64,000 bases of DNA from Candidatus Latescibacterota bacterium. GTDB lineage: Bacteria > Latescibacterota > UBA2968 > GCA-2709665. Made by a program: the position numbers and the translations under genes. Of the stretch, positions 22,443 through 33,553 are shown piece by piece. The notes below the pieces were generated by a model. That model worked only from the letters and a program-made list of their open reading frames with translations. It was not told where the DNA came from and did not search any database. The stretch spans positions 352,001 through 416,000 of the forward strand of contig CBDDDZ010000005.1 in assembly GCA_965226795.1 (NCBI GenBank). The letters are read 5' to 3'. Numbering within the stretch: the first letter of the stretch is position 1; every line of letters starts with the position of its first letter.

Positions 22443-23987
22443 TTGGCTCAGGAAGGGGCGTCTTCCGCCCCGGAGGCGCAACTGGTTGCCCAGCGTTTGC
22501 AAAAGCTGGACTCGATTCGGGAGATGGGCGTGGAGCCCTATCCGTATCGGTTCGAAGTGACCCATCGCTCCGGGGAAGTCAGGGAGACGTTTCAGGCGCT
22601 CGAACAGGGTGGGCGGGACGTGTCGGTGGCGGGGCGTCTCATGGCCAGGAGGGACCATGGCAAGTCGGCCTTTGCCGAACTTCTGGACGAGATGGGCCGG
22701 ATTCAGATCTACGTAAGACGGGATGCGGTGGGCGAAAGGCAGTTCGATCTTTGGAAATTGCTCGATATAGGAGATTTTGTCGGGGTCGAGGGGCCCGTAT
22801 TTAGAACCCGTACGGGCGAGATGACCGTGAAGGCGCGCGGGTTGGAACTGCTTTCCAAGGCCGTGCGGCCGCTGCCGGTGCCCAAGGAAGAGGTGAAAGA
22901 CGGTCAGCGGATTGTCCACGATGCCTTCAGCGACCCTGAACTGCGATACCGTCGCCGTTACCTGGACCTGATGCTGAATCCCGATGTGAAGGACGTGTTT
23001 CGCAAGCGGACGGCGACCTTTTCCGCCATTCGCAATTTTTTTGACGCCCGCGGGTTCCTGGAGGCCGACACGCCGGTGCTGCAGCCGCTTTACGGCGGCG
23101 CTTCGGCGCGGCCCTTCACGACCCATCACCATGCGCTCGATATGAAGCTCTATCTGCGGATTTCGAACGAGCTTTATCTGAAGCGCCTGATCGTGGGCGG
23201 ATTTGAAAGGGTCTACGAATTCAGCCGGGATTTCCGAAACGAAGGAATCGACCGTACGCACAATCCCGAATTCACCATGCTGGAGGCCTACCAGGCGTAC
23301 GCCGATTATACCGATATGATGGAACTGACGGAGTCGCTGTTTGCTTCGGTCGCCGAATCGGTTACCGGTGCGACCACGGTGGTATATCAGGGGAAGGAGA
23401 TAGATCTTGGCCCACCCTGGCGGCGAATGACCCTCCTGGATGCCATCAAGGCTTACGGCAACTTCGACGTGTCCGACGCTTCGGAGGAAGAATTGAGGGA
23501 GATCTGCCGAGACCTGGAACTCGAAGTGGACTCCCGCGCACAGCGCGGCCATCTGTTGAATGAGATCTTTGAGGCGGTCGTTCAGCCTCACCTGATTCAA
23601 CCCACGTTCATTACGGATTACCCCGTGGAGATGTCGCCGCTGGCCAAGCGGCACCGGGAGCACCCGGAACTCACGGAACGTTTCGAGCCGTTTATCTGCG
23701 GTTGGGAGGCGGCCAACGCATTTTCCGAACTCAACGATCCGATCGACCAGCGGAAACGATTCGAACACCAGGCCGCGTTGCGGGAGAGCGGGGATGAAGA
23801 GGCGCAGGTCCTCGACGCCGATTTTCTTAGGGCAATGGAATATGGCATGCCGCCTACGGGAGGTATGGGGTTTGGCGTGGACCGGCTTGTAATGCTACTC
23901 ACCGATGCGCGCTCCATTCGGGACGTTATTCTATTTCCGCATATGCGGCCCGAAGAGGGCCGTTCGGAGATAAACGGCGATGCGTAG
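22443..23987 (+). CDS. lysS: Lysyl-tRNA synthetase class II
   Basis: YGGASARPF, FRNEGID, HNPEFTMLE, YGMPPTGGMGFGVDRLVM; TTG start after GGAGGA. Confidence 0.97.
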   Translation: MAQEGASSAPEAQLVAQRLQKLDSIREMGVEPYPYRFEVTHRSGEVRETFQALEQGGRDVSVAGRLMARRDHGKSAFAELLDEMGRIQIYVRRDAVGERQFDLWKLLDIGDFVGVEGPVFRTRTGEMTVKARGLELLSKAVRPLPVPKEEVKDGQRIVHDAFSDPELRYRRRYLDLMLNPDVKDVFRKRTATFSAIRNFFDARGFLEADTPVLQPLYGGASARPFTTHHHALDMKLYLRISNELYLKRLIVGGFERVYEFSRDFRNEGIDRTHNPEFTMLEAYQAYADYTDMMELTESLFASVAESVTGATTVVYQGKEIDLGPPWRRMTLLDAIKAYGNFDVSDASEEELREICRDLELEVDSRAQRGHLLNEIFEAVVQPHLIQPTFITDYPVEMSPLAKRHREHPELTERFEPFICGWEAANAFSELNDPIDQRKRFEHQAALRESGDEEAQVLDADFLRAMEYGMPPTGGMGFGVDRLVMLLTDARSIRDVILFPHMRPEEGRSEINGDA

Positions 23988-24669
23988 CCTGCTGGAGGCT
24001 GCGGATCTGGTTAAGCAGTACCGGGTCGGCCGTTCGGAAATACAGGTGCTGAAGGGAGTCGCCCTTTCCGTCGAGCAGGGTGAAGTGGTTGCGGTGGTTG
24101 GACCTTCCGGCGTCGGAAAAAGCACGCTGCTGCACATTCTGGGCGGGCTGGATCGCCCTACAAGTGGAACGGTTTGTGTAGAAGGCAAAGACGTCTTCGC
24201 GCTGTCGGACACGGAGCGGGCACGGTTCCGGAACGAGTCGGTAGGGTTTGTTTTTCAGTTTCACCATTTGTTGAACGATTTTACCGCTGAAGAAAACGTG
24301 ATGCTGCCCCTGATGATCCAGGGGCGGTCGGTGCCCGAATCTAAGACCGCGGCCGAGGATCTGCTGAATTCCGTGGGGCTCTTCAAACGCCGCCGTCATC
24401 TGCCCTCGGAGCTGTCCGGCGGAGAATCTCAGCGCGTGGCCGTGGCCAGGGCCCTTGTCGGGCGGCCCAGGCTGGTACTGGCGGACGAACCCTCCGGCAA
24501 TCTGGACGCGGAACACAGCCGGGAATTGCACGATCTGATCTGGAAACTGGCCGGCGGCCTCAAACAGACCTTTGTTATCGCCACACACGATCAGACGTTG
24601 GCCGCCAGGGCGGATCGGATCATTCGGATGGAAGACGGAAGAATCGTCCATGAAGGGCGTGGCGGTTAG
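23980..24669 (+). CDS. lolD: LolD-like ABC ATPase
   Basis: GPSGVGKS, GFVFQFHHLL, LSGGE, LADEPSGNLD. Confidence 0.88.
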   Translation: MRSLLEAADLVKQYRVGRSEIQVLKGVALSVEQGEVVAVVGPSGVGKSTLLHILGGLDRPTSGTVCVEGKDVFALSDTERARFRNESVGFVFQFHHLLNDFTAEENVMLPLMIQGRSVPESKTAAEDLLNSVGLFKRRRHLPSELSGGESQRVAVARALVGRPRLVLADEPSGNLDAEHSRELHDLIWKLAGGLKQTFVIATHDQTLAARADRIIRMEDGRIVHEGRGG

Positions 24670-24761
24670 TTCCGGGCCCTGCGGACGATATGTAAAGCCC
24701 TTTCGGGCAGTGGAGAGATGGCCCACGGGTCATGGCAGAGGATTCTGAGGAGATAAATCCC

Positions 24762-27230
24762 ATGAATAGCAGGTTCTCGGATCGGGTGAAGCGCGTGATG
24801 CGGCTGGTCCGCGAAGAAGCAGCCCGGCTTGGCAATAATCATATAAGCAGCGAGCACCTCTTGCTCGGCATTATCCGGGAGGGTAAGGGTTCGGCCGTCA
24901 ACGTGATGTTGAATCTGGGATTGAACCTGGACAAGATCAAACAGTCGATCGACGACTATGTCGCATATTCCGGCGGGTCGATGACGATGGGCGACGTGCC
25001 CTTCACGCCAAGGGCAAAACAGATTCTCGAAATTGCGGCCACCGAAGCTAAAGAGATGAAGAGCCAATATGTTCGAACCTGTCATCTGCTGGTGGCTCTG
25101 GTGAAGGACAAAGAGACGATTGCCGCGCAGATTCTGGTGGGTTTTGGCGTCGACTATAAGACCGTGAAGGAGGAGGTGATTGCTGTTTTGCAGGGGAAAC
25201 CGACGGGTAAACGCGAGAAGAAGAAAAGCAAGACCCCTTATTTGGATCATTTTGGTCGCGACCTGACCGAACAGGCGCGTGAGGGTAAGCTGGATCCGGT
25301 CGTTGGCAGGGAGCGGGAGATTGAACGGGTATCTCAGGTGCTCAGCCGGCGCAAAAAGAACAACCCGGTACTGATCGGGGAACCCGGGGTGGGGAAAACG
25401 GCGATCGTCGAAGGACTTGCCCAGCGCATCGTGGAGCGCCGCGTGCCGCAGTTGCTGGCCGACAAACGCATGGTTACGCTGGATATGGGCGGCATGGTCG
25501 CGGGAACAAAATACCGTGGTCAGTTTGAAGAGCGCATCAAGGCGGTAATGAACGAACTCCAGCAGAGCCAGGACGTCATTATCTTTATCGACGAGTTACA
25601 TACCATCGTGGGGGCCGGAAGCGCCGAGGGCACGCTGGACGCCTCAAATATGTTCAAGCCGGCGTTTTCGAGAGGCGAACTTCAGTGCATCGGCGCCACG
25701 ACGCTGGACGAATACCGCAAATACATCGAAAAGGACGGTGCGCTGGAACGGCGTTTTCAGACCATTCTGGTCGATTCGCCGTCGGTGGACGACGCGATTG
25801 ATATCCTCAAAGGACTGAAGGAGAAATTCGAGGCCCACCATCTGGTAACCTATACCCAGAAGGCCGTTGAGAGCGCCGTCCGCATGGCCGACCGTTACAT
25901 CAGCGACCGGCACCTGCCGGACAAGGCGATCGACGTGATCGACGAGACAGGATCCCGCGTGCGTCTAGGCCGGTTGAATCCGCCTGAGGAAATAAAGACG
26001 CTTGAACTTGAAATCGAGGACGTTACACGGCAGAAGAATGCGGCTGCAAACAGCCAGCAGTTCGAAGAGGCCGCCAAACTCAGAGACCAGGAACGGAAGC
26101 TGAAGGAACAGGTCGATGAAATGCGTCAGGAATGGGAGCAGAAGGTTCGTGATGAAGTGGTGGAGGTGACCGAGCAGGATATCGCGGAAGTGATCGAAAG
26201 CATGACGGGTATTCCCGCGTTCCGGTTGGCGCAGGAGGAGTCAGAGAAGCTGCTCCGCATGGGAGAGAAAGTGAAGTGCCGTGTGGTTGGGCAGGAAGAA
26301 GCGGTAGACACGGTCTGCCGCTCCATTCGCCGCACGCGAGCGGGGCTGAAAGACCCGAATCGTCCCATCGGCACGTTTCTCTTTCTGGGACCGACGGGTG
26401 TGGGCAAAACCTATTTGGCACACGCGCTCTCCAGGTACCTGTTCGACGACGAGGAAGCGCTTATCACGGTAGATATGTCGGAGTATATGGAGAAATTTGC
26501 GGTCTCCCGGCTTATCGGCGCGCCGCCTGGATATGTCGGATACGACGAGGGCGGCCAACTGACCGAGAAGGTTCGCAGAAAGCCCTATTCGGTGGTTCTG
26601 CTCGACGAAATTGAAAAAGCCCATCCGGATGTGTTCAACCTGCTTTTGCAGGTCCTCGACGAGGGGCGTCTGACGGATAGCTTCGGCCGGAAAGTAAACT
26701 TCAAGAATACAATATTGATTATGACCTCCAATCTCGGAACGCGTGACATGGCGAAGGCCGGAGGGCTCGGATTCAAGCGGTCCGACAAAAAGAGCATTCG
26801 CGAAAAAATGAAGGAACGCGTGGAAGAAGAACTCAAAAAGACGTTCAATCCCGAGTTTCTGAACCGTCTGGACGAGATGGTGGTCTTCAATCCCCTCGAA
26901 CGGAAAGAGATTGTCCAGATCGTGGATCTCGAAATTGCTGAAATATTCGAGCGCGTCAAGGAGAGGGATATTTCGATCAGTCTCACACCGGGCGCCAAGG
27001 CGCTTCTGGCGGAAAAGGGGTACGACCCCACTTACGGCGCGCGTCAGCTGAAGCGCACCATACAGAAGCTGGTGGAAGATCCGATGGCGGAAGAGATACT
27101 TCAGGGCAAGTACACCGCCGGGAGTGAGGTGCGCGTAAGCAAGAAGGGTGACGGGCTCCATTTTGTGGACACCAACGCGGTTGCCGCCGCCGCCGATCAG
27201 GAAGTGGTGGATCGTGTTTCGGAGGAATGA
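24762..27230 (+). CDS. clpC: ATP-dependent Clp protease ATP-binding subunit ClpC
   Basis: Clp N repeats, [11 protein letters not shown] motif, [17 protein letters not shown]. Confidence 0.95.
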   Translation: MNSRFSDRVKRVMRLVREEAARLGNNHISSEHLLLGIIREGKGSAVNVMLNLGLNLDKIKQSIDDYVAYSGGSMTMGDVPFTPRAKQILEIAATEAKEMKSQYVRTCHLLVALVKDKETIAAQILVGFGVDYKTVKEEVIAVLQGKPTGKREKKKSKTPYLDHFGRDLTEQAREGKLDPVVGREREIERVSQVLSRRKKNNPVLIGEPGVGKTAIVEGLAQRIVERRVPQLLADKRMVTLDMGGMVAGTKYRGQFEERIKAVMNELQQSQDVIIFIDELHTIVGAGSAEGTLDASNMFKPAFSRGELQCIGATTLDEYRKYIEKDGALERRFQTILVDSPSVDDAIDILKGLKEKFEAHHLVTYTQKAVESAVRMADRYISDRHLPDKAIDVIDETGSRVRLGRLNPPEEIKTLELEIEDVTRQKNAAANSQQFEEAAKLRDQERKLKEQVDEMRQEWEQKVRDEVVEVTEQDIAEVIESMTGIPAFRLAQEESEKLLRMGEKVKCRVVGQEEAVDTVCRSIRRTRAGLKDPNRPIGTFLFLGPTGVGKTYLAHALSRYLFDDEEALITVDMSEYMEKFAVSRLIGAPPGYVGYDEGGQLTEKVRRKPYSVVLLDEIEKAHPDVFNLLLQVLDEGRLTDSFGRKVNFKNTILIMTSNLGTRDMAKAGGLGFKRSDKKSIREKMKERVEEELKKTFNPEFLNRLDEMVVFNPLERKEIVQIVDLEIAEIFERVKERDISISLTPGAKALLAEKGYDPTYGARQLKRTIQKLVEDPMAEEILQGKYTAGSEVRVSKKGDGLHFVDTNAVAAAADQEVVDRVSEE

Positions 27231-27445
27231 AACGGCGCTTGGCGCGTGGGCGTGTATCAGTTTTTCCCGGGTTTCACCGCGATCATGACCAATTGGGTCC
27301 GGACGTACGGCCGGACCCAATTTCGCCGTACAGGCCCGGGAATATAGCAGGAACTTTTGTTGTGACGGAGCGTTTGTTCGATTGTGGCGGACTTGGGCCC
27401 GGGTTGAATATCCCTGAATGTCGCAGGCTGGCGTTTCGGAGGCGA

Positions 27446-29746
27446 ATGGCTTTGTTGGGAATCCTTTTTGGATGTTTTCTGTTGTTGCTGGACCTTCTGT
27501 CGCCTCTGGCGGCGGCGGCGCAGGAGGCGCCTGTTATTTCCGAGATCAGAGTCGAGGGAAACCGGATCACGGAAGCATCACTGGTCCGGTTCTCCTCCGG
27601 GCTGGCCGAAGGACAGCGTCTCATCTTACCTGATGACCCGCCCCGCGTGATTCGCAATCTCCACCGGCTGAATATTTTTTCAGACATCCAGGTCTACGCC
27701 GATTCGGATGTGGCGGAAGGTGTGGCCGTTGTGATTGTCGTGAAAGAATATCCCAAGCTGGACGATGTGTTTTTCGACGGCAACAAGGGAATCAAATCGA
27801 AGAAGCTGAAGAAGACATTGGCATTCATAGAGAAACAGTGGCTATCGCCGCATGAAATCAGGCGCGGGGAAAACAAGATCGTGGATCTGTACAAGGAAGA
27901 GGGATACCTCCTTGCCAGCGTCGAAGGTACGCAGGGAGACCCGAATGAAGAAGGTCAGGTTACGCTCACGTTCAAAATGAACGAGGGGCTGAAGGTGAAG
28001 CTGCGCCGCATTCAGTTCTTCGGCAATCAGGCGCTTGAAGGCAAGAAGCTGCGAAAGGTGATGAAAGAGACCAAGCAGGTCGGGGGAATTCTGCGCCGGA
28101 ATCAGTTCGCTGAAGAAACCTACAAGGAAGACAAGCAGGCGCTGCTGGCGTTTTACCAGGCAAATGGATATCGCAATGCGGAAATTCTGCGTGACAGCCT
28201 GTATTACGACGACACAAAGGCGAATCTCTTTATTGATCTTTACCTGGATGAAGGGCCCCTGTACAAGTTCGGCAAGGTTACCTGGGAGGGAAACGAACGC
28301 GTCAAAGACGCGGGTATCGAAAGGCTGATTGTTGCCAGGGAAGGGGAGGTGTACAGTTCCGAACAGAAGAACAGATCCCAGGAAGAAATCCAGAATCTGT
28401 ACAGCGATATCGGTCATATCACGGCTTCAGTCGCCGTCCAGGAAAGATTGGCCGAGACACCGCACACGATCAATGTGCACTTTGACATTGTTGAGAACAA
28501 ACCGTGGAAGATTCGGCAGGTTACCATTTCGGGCAATTCCAAGACAAAGGACAGGGTGATCCGCAGGGAACTCTGGATTCGTCCGGGCCAGACCTTTCGA
28601 CGGTCCGGCATTGAACGTAGTGTCCGGAATATCCAACAGTTGAACTACTTCAGCAACGTGGTGCCGGAACTCAAGCCCGTGGAGGAGTCATCCGAACTGG
28701 ATGTGATTCTGGCGGTGGAGGAAAAGTCTACCGGCACGGCGTCCGTGGGCGCGGGCTACAGCCAGTACGACGGCCTGCTTGGAACCATCGCGCTACAGGT
28801 TCCGAACTTTATGGGCAACGGCCAGCAGCTGGAATTTCAACTGGAGTTCGGCGACCGGCGCCAGTCGTTCAGGACCGGGTTTACTGAACCCTGGTTGTTA
28901 AATACGCCCACGAGTCTACAGGGTCTGATCTTCAGAACCAACCGCCGGTATTACAGTGGCTTCGACGAGCGCAGGCAGGGCGCCGTGGCTACCGTCGGGC
29001 GCCGGCTGGTATGGCCCGATTTCTCAAGGGCATCCGTAGGTTACCGGATCGAGCAGGTTAAATTCCGGAATTTCGCCGAAGACTTCGAACGGTCCGCGCA
29101 ATCTTCTTTTCGCGACAACGTAACCAGCAGCGTGAATCTGAATTTCACGCGCAACAGCAGGGACCTGCCGGTTTTTGCAACCAGCGGTTCCGTATTTTCC
29201 TACTCGCCGACCTTTGCGGGCGGCCCCCTGGGCGGCAATACGGATTTCCTCAAGCACGACTTCATAAGCAGCTTCTATTTCCCGGTCGCATGGCGATTCG
29301 CGCTGAATCTGAAGACGACCATCGGGCTTGTAAGGCCGTTCAACGATACCGACGTGCCATTCAACGAGCGATACACACCGGGGGGTGTGAGCATTTTTGA
29401 GGGCACCATGGTGCGCGGCTATCCGGAGCAATCGCTGGGCCCGCGCATAAACGGCGTTCCGGACGGAGGAAACTCGCAACTGCTCTTCAACCTGGAACTC
29501 ACCCTTCCGGTCGTGCAGCAACAGTTTTATGCCCTGGCGTTCGCCGACGCCGGCAACGCGTGGGATAGCGTTTCAGAAACGAGTATTTTCGATTTGAGGC
29601 GATCGGTGGGTGTCGGGTTTCGCATGATAGCGCCGGTTGTGGGCATAATGGGATTTGATTTTGCCTGGGGTTTTGACAGGCGGCTCGTAGACGGCCAGAT
29701 GCCACAGATGGTAACCCATTTCCAGTTCGGTCCGCAGTTCTTCTAA
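27446..29746 (+). CDS. bamA: Outer membrane protein assembly factor BamA
   Basis: POTRA repeats, GNSKTKDRVIRRE, VRGY, C-terminal Phe; start placed after GGAGG. Confidence 0.95.
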   Translation: MALLGILFGCFLLLLDLLSPLAAAAQEAPVISEIRVEGNRITEASLVRFSSGLAEGQRLILPDDPPRVIRNLHRLNIFSDIQVYADSDVAEGVAVVIVVKEYPKLDDVFFDGNKGIKSKKLKKTLAFIEKQWLSPHEIRRGENKIVDLYKEEGYLLASVEGTQGDPNEEGQVTLTFKMNEGLKVKLRRIQFFGNQALEGKKLRKVMKETKQVGGILRRNQFAEETYKEDKQALLAFYQANGYRNAEILRDSLYYDDTKANLFIDLYLDEGPLYKFGKVTWEGNERVKDAGIERLIVAREGEVYSSEQKNRSQEEIQNLYSDIGHITASVAVQERLAETPHTINVHFDIVENKPWKIRQVTISGNSKTKDRVIRRELWIRPGQTFRRSGIERSVRNIQQLNYFSNVVPELKPVEESSELDVILAVEEKSTGTASVGAGYSQYDGLLGTIALQVPNFMGNGQQLEFQLEFGDRRQSFRTGFTEPWLLNTPTSLQGLIFRTNRRYYSGFDERRQGAVATVGRRLVWPDFSRASVGYRIEQVKFRNFAEDFERSAQSSFRDNVTSSVNLNFTRNSRDLPVFATSGSVFSYSPTFAGGPLGGNTDFLKHDFISSFYFPVAWRFALNLKTTIGLVRPFNDTDVPFNERYTPGGVSIFEGTMVRGYPEQSLGPRINGVPDGGNSQLLFNLELTLPVVQQQFYALAFADAGNAWDSVSETSIFDLRRSVGVGFRMIAPVVGIMGFDFAWGFDRRLVDGQMPQMVTHFQFGPQFF

Positions 29747-29766
29747 ACGTTGGAGGGAGATTCAAA

Positions 29767-30339
29767 ATGGGCTTGAGACATCGCTTCCTGGTTTCCGTGT
29801 GCGGCCTGATGGCGTGTGTGGTGGTGGCGTCCACGGCGAGAGCACAGGCGAAAATCGCCTTTTTCGATCCGAATGAGATCCGAACGAAATACAAGCCCTT
29901 CCAGGAGGCAGAGAGAGAATACAACCTGTATGAAGGGGAACTGCAGAAGGAACTCAAAAAGCTTGAGAGTGCATTGAGGAAGAAGCAGACCACCTTTGAG
30001 CGGCAGAAGGTTATGTACATGGAGAATCGGAGGCGGGAAGAGGAGCAGGCACTGAAGACGCAAGAGGAGGGATTACAGCGGTTTCTTGCCCAGGTCACCG
30101 ATCCTGAGCGGGGTAAACTGGCGCTCAAGCAGCAGGAGTTACTTGCGCCTTTGCTGAAACGCGTCAACGACGTGATTTCTCAGGTAGCCAAGGAAGACGG
30201 TTACGACTTTGTGCTCAATGCGGCTTCCGTGGTGTATTTCAACGAAGAATACAACCTGACGCAGAAGGTGCTGGACGAATTGAATAGAGACATGGAGGAC
30301 GGAGACAAACAGAAAGCCGGCATGGGTCCGATTCGGTAG
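29767..30339 (+). CDS. skp: OmpH/Skp periplasmic chaperone
   Basis: Signal peptide, KIAFFD, coiled coil, GYDFVL, NLTQKVL; follows bamA. Confidence 0.9.
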   Translation: MGLRHRFLVSVCGLMACVVVASTARAQAKIAFFDPNEIRTKYKPFQEAEREYNLYEGELQKELKKLESALRKKQTTFERQKVMYMENRRREEEQALKTQEEGLQRFLAQVTDPERGKLALKQQELLAPLLKRVNDVISQVAKEDGYDFVLNAASVVYFNEEYNLTQKVLDELNRDMEDGDKQKAGMGPIR

Positions 30340-30378
30340 CGTCTGGTCGTAGGCCGGAAGATCTGAGGAGAGCCGTCT

Positions 30379-30810
30379 GTGTTGGACCTCGAAGCGATAC
30401 AGAGGATCTTGCCGCACCGGTACCCGTTCCTTTTTGTGGACCGGATACTGGATCTGGAACCGGATCGCAGGGTCGTGGGGGTCAAGAACGTCACCGGCAA
30501 CGAACCGTTCTTCGCCGGACATTTCCCGGGGCGGCCGGTGATGCCGGGCGTGTTGATAGTGGAAGCGCTTGCGCAGACGGCGGGTGTCTTAATGGGAGAC
30601 GAGTCCGGCCTGATACCGATGTTTATGGGCATCGATAAAACCCGGTTCAGACGTCCCGTAACGCCCGGTGATCAGTTGCGACTCGAGGTGGAGGTGTTGC
30701 GCAGAAGGCGGAATGTGTTCCGCATGACCGGCAGGGCATACGTGGGTGACAACCTTGTCGCTGAAGCGGAGATGATGGCTGCACTTGTTCCGGCCGATGG
30801 CACGGCGTGA
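30379..30810 (+). CDS. fabZ: 3-hydroxyacyl-ACP dehydratase
   Basis: LPHRYPFLFVD, NEPFFAGHFP, MPGVLIVEALAQ. Confidence 0.97.
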   Translation: MLDLEAIQRILPHRYPFLFVDRILDLEPDRRVVGVKNVTGNEPFFAGHFPGRPVMPGVLIVEALAQTAGVLMGDESGLIPMFMGIDKTRFRRPVTPGDQLRLEVEVLRRRRNVFRMTGRAYVGDNLVAEAEMMAALVPADGTA

Positions 30811-30853
30811 AAAAAGAGACGTAGGCGAAGGATAACGCGGTTCGTTTTCTCGA

Positions 30854-30882
30854 GCAGGGGCGGGTTTGAAACCCGCCCCTGC
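30854..30882. repeat. GTAG-type REP palindrome
   Basis: GCAGGGGCGGGTTTGAAACCCGCCCCTGC; relatives at 5206-5223 (half), 60479-60504 and 60889-60916. Confidence 0.8.
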
Positions 30883-30941
30883 GGCATTTTGGATGGTCCG
30901 CAATTCCAGAATCAATACGCTGAACGAAAAAGAGAATTCCT

Positions 30942-32306
30942 ATGAAACGCGAACACATTTTCGCCCACTACGAGCAGGACGCTACCCGGTACTGGAAGCT
31001 GAGGGAAGGTGGGTACGCCAGCCCCATGAGTGTGTTTCAGGGGGAGGAAATCACATTTCATATAGCCAATTCCAGATCGCACTACGACGTGTTTGTATAC
31101 CATGAAGGCGCCGGGCGGCGTCTCGTAAAGGAGATCAACAACCTGCACGGCGTACTTCCTCCGATTCCCGAATTCGGATACCGCGACGGATTTGCCTGGC
31201 CCGCGACGGTGGGATTCCGGGTGCCGAGCGACTGGAAAAGCGGCGTCTACATCGCCAGTTTTCCAACCGCCCAGGGGATCCGCGAGGTCCTGTTCGTGGT
31301 TCGTCCCCGCGTTCCCAGCGCGCCGGTCCTTCTCACGATCGAGACCAATACCTATACCGCCTACAATCCAGTCGGGGGGAAGAGCCTCTTTCACTACCTT
31401 TCTACAGATCGGAAGCACAGCGACCTGGTGACGTTCGAGCGGCCTCTGCAGCCCGACATTATGGGCGGATTCTACGCCTGGGACCAGTTCATCACCTCCT
31501 GGCTGGATGCCGAAGGTTATCCCGTGGACTATTGTGTCAACGCAGACCACGATCTCGAACCGGATATTCTCGACAACTATGCCGCACATTTGAGGATAGG
31601 TCACGGCGAGTATACCAGCCGCGAAGAATGTGAACAGCTCCAGCGGTTCGTTGCCGGCGGCGGGAACCTGATGGTGTTCGCGGGCAACTCGTTCTCGCAC
31701 CTCGTGGAGACCCGGGCTGACGGACGCCAGCTGTACTGTGCCAAAACCCGGTACAAAAAGCATCCGCTCGGTACCCCTGAAGACCCGCACACCTCCTTGC
31801 TGCGTGGGATCGACAATTTGCGCCAACGCACGATCGGGGTATCGTATTCGGCGGCCGTCAACGCGAAAACCCGGGTTCCCGGTGTGTTTATTGCGCCCAC
31901 AACCGGGGAGTACGGATTTTTCCGTGTGACCCGTCCCGACCACTGGGCGTTCGAGGGGACCGGGTTGGCGGAAGGAGACGAGTTCGGCCGCGAGGACTCG
32001 ATTGTCGGAGTGGAGTGCGACGGCGGCGACATTGAATTCAGGGATGGAAAGCCATACTTCACCGGCAGCGACGGAATCAGCCCACACTACCGGATCATAG
32101 CGATCGGAGACGCCGAGGACCACGGATTCAACGCGGACCTCGGCATTCACTATGACCGGTTCTTTGCGACCGTCGCGGTAAACGAGACCGAGTTCAAGGG
32201 GACAGTCTTCACGGCGGCAACCATGGAATGGTCGCACGGTCTCTACCGGAACGGCGGTCCGGTGGCGCAGATCACCCGCAATGTCCTGAACCGACTGGGG
32301 GGATAA
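30942..32306 (+). CDS. N,N-dimethylformamidase beta-subunit-like protein
   Basis: GYASPMSV..GE, W...G.Y, TYTAYNPVGGKS, VTFERP, GHGEY, GGGNLMVFAGN, GVECD, GTVFTAATMEW. Confidence 0.8.
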   Translation: MKREHIFAHYEQDATRYWKLREGGYASPMSVFQGEEITFHIANSRSHYDVFVYHEGAGRRLVKEINNLHGVLPPIPEFGYRDGFAWPATVGFRVPSDWKSGVYIASFPTAQGIREVLFVVRPRVPSAPVLLTIETNTYTAYNPVGGKSLFHYLSTDRKHSDLVTFERPLQPDIMGGFYAWDQFITSWLDAEGYPVDYCVNADHDLEPDILDNYAAHLRIGHGEYTSREECEQLQRFVAGGGNLMVFAGNSFSHLVETRADGRQLYCAKTRYKKHPLGTPEDPHTSLLRGIDNLRQRTIGVSYSAAVNAKTRVPGVFIAPTTGEYGFFRVTRPDHWAFEGTGLAEGDEFGREDSIVGVECDGGDIEFRDGKPYFTGSDGISPHYRIIAIGDAEDHGFNADLGIHYDRFFATVAVNETEFKGTVFTAATMEWSHGLYRNGGPVAQITRNVLNRLGG

Positions 32307-32395
32307 CCAGCGTTCGCGGATTCTCCCACGCGCCCGTCGGCATTGCTGTCATTCTGCGCTTGACTTTGTCGGAGACGGGCTACATGATCCGTCTT

Positions 32396-33553
32396 ATGGC
32401 TAATGGCGGCACGACGTACGACGTGGTTGTGGCCGGACTGGGCGCGATGGGCAGTGCGGCCGTGTACCATCTGGCAAAGCGCGGAAAGCGAGTGGCGGGT
32501 TTCGACCGGTTTCATCCGCCGCACACCCACGGTTCGTCCCACGGATACGCGCGGGTAATCCGGGAAGCATACGCCAGCGGGCCGGCCTATGTAAATTTAG
32601 TCCGACGCGCGTACGCGCTGTGGGAAATGCTGGAAGACGAAAGCGGCACGGAACTTGTCAAGACCTACGGCCACCTGTCCATGCGACCCCCGGGCGGGGC
32701 CGAACGCCACGGGGTTCTGGAAAGCGCGCGTGCGTACAATATCCCGGTTGAGCGGGTCTCGGCGGAAGACGTACGACGGCGGTATCCCATGTTTCGCGTC
32801 GAGGGCGGCTGGGAGGGCGTCTATGAGCCGAGGGCGGGCGCCGTCTTTCCGGAGGCGTGCATCGACGCGCATCTGAGCCGGGCGGAAGCCGCGGGGGCAG
32901 AATTGAACTTCGATTGCCCAGTGCTGGACTGGTCGCCCGATGGACGCGGGGTGCGGGTGAGGTTGCAGTCGGGCGTAATATCGGCGGGCAGGCTGGTCGT
33001 CTGTGCGGGCGCGTGGGTCTCCCGGCTCGTGGCGGATCTGGCGCTCCCTGTCGATATCGAGCGGATGACGCTGTTTTTTTTTCAGCCGTTACGGAACCCG
33101 GGGATGTTTGCGCCCGGGCGCTGCCCCAATAATTCCTGGGTGTGCGAGAACGGTGTTTCGTTCTACTGTCAGCCGGATTTCGGCCGCGGGTTCAAGGCGG
33201 CGATGCATTGCGGACGCGCCGGGGCAGACCCGGAAACGCTCGTGCGGACGACCACTGCGGAGGATGAAGCGGAGATACGTCCACTGGTGGAACGATTTAT
33301 ACCCGATGCGGCGGGGCCTGCGACGGAGAGCCACGTTTGCATGTACACGAATCTTCCGGATTCCAGGTGGCTCGTGGACTACCATCCCGAGTTTGAGCAG
33401 GTCATTATCGCCTCACCGTGTTCCGGACACGGGTTCAAGTTTTCTTCCGCGATCGGGGAAATCGTGGCGAATATGTGTATGGGTGAAGCCTATGAAGCGG
33501 ATCGCGGGATGTTCGGCATCTCGCCGCTTCTGGCGCGAGGATCGCGGACATGA
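32396..33553 (+). CDS. solA: Monomeric sarcosine / N-methyltryptophan oxidase family flavoprotein
   Basis: GLGAMGSA, HGSSHG..R, CMYT (covalent FAD Cys), CSGHGFKF. Confidence 0.88.
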   Translation: MANGGTTYDVVVAGLGAMGSAAVYHLAKRGKRVAGFDRFHPPHTHGSSHGYARVIREAYASGPAYVNLVRRAYALWEMLEDESGTELVKTYGHLSMRPPGGAERHGVLESARAYNIPVERVSAEDVRRRYPMFRVEGGWEGVYEPRAGAVFPEACIDAHLSRAEAAGAELNFDCPVLDWSPDGRGVRVRLQSGVISAGRLVVCAGAWVSRLVADLALPVDIERMTLFFFQPLRNPGMFAPGRCPNNSWVCENGVSFYCQPDFGRGFKAAMHCGRAGADPETLVRTTTAEDEAEIRPLVERFIPDAAGPATESHVCMYTNLPDSRWLVDYHPEFEQVIIASPCSGHGFKFSSAIGEIVANMCMGEAYEADRGMFGISPLLARGSRT

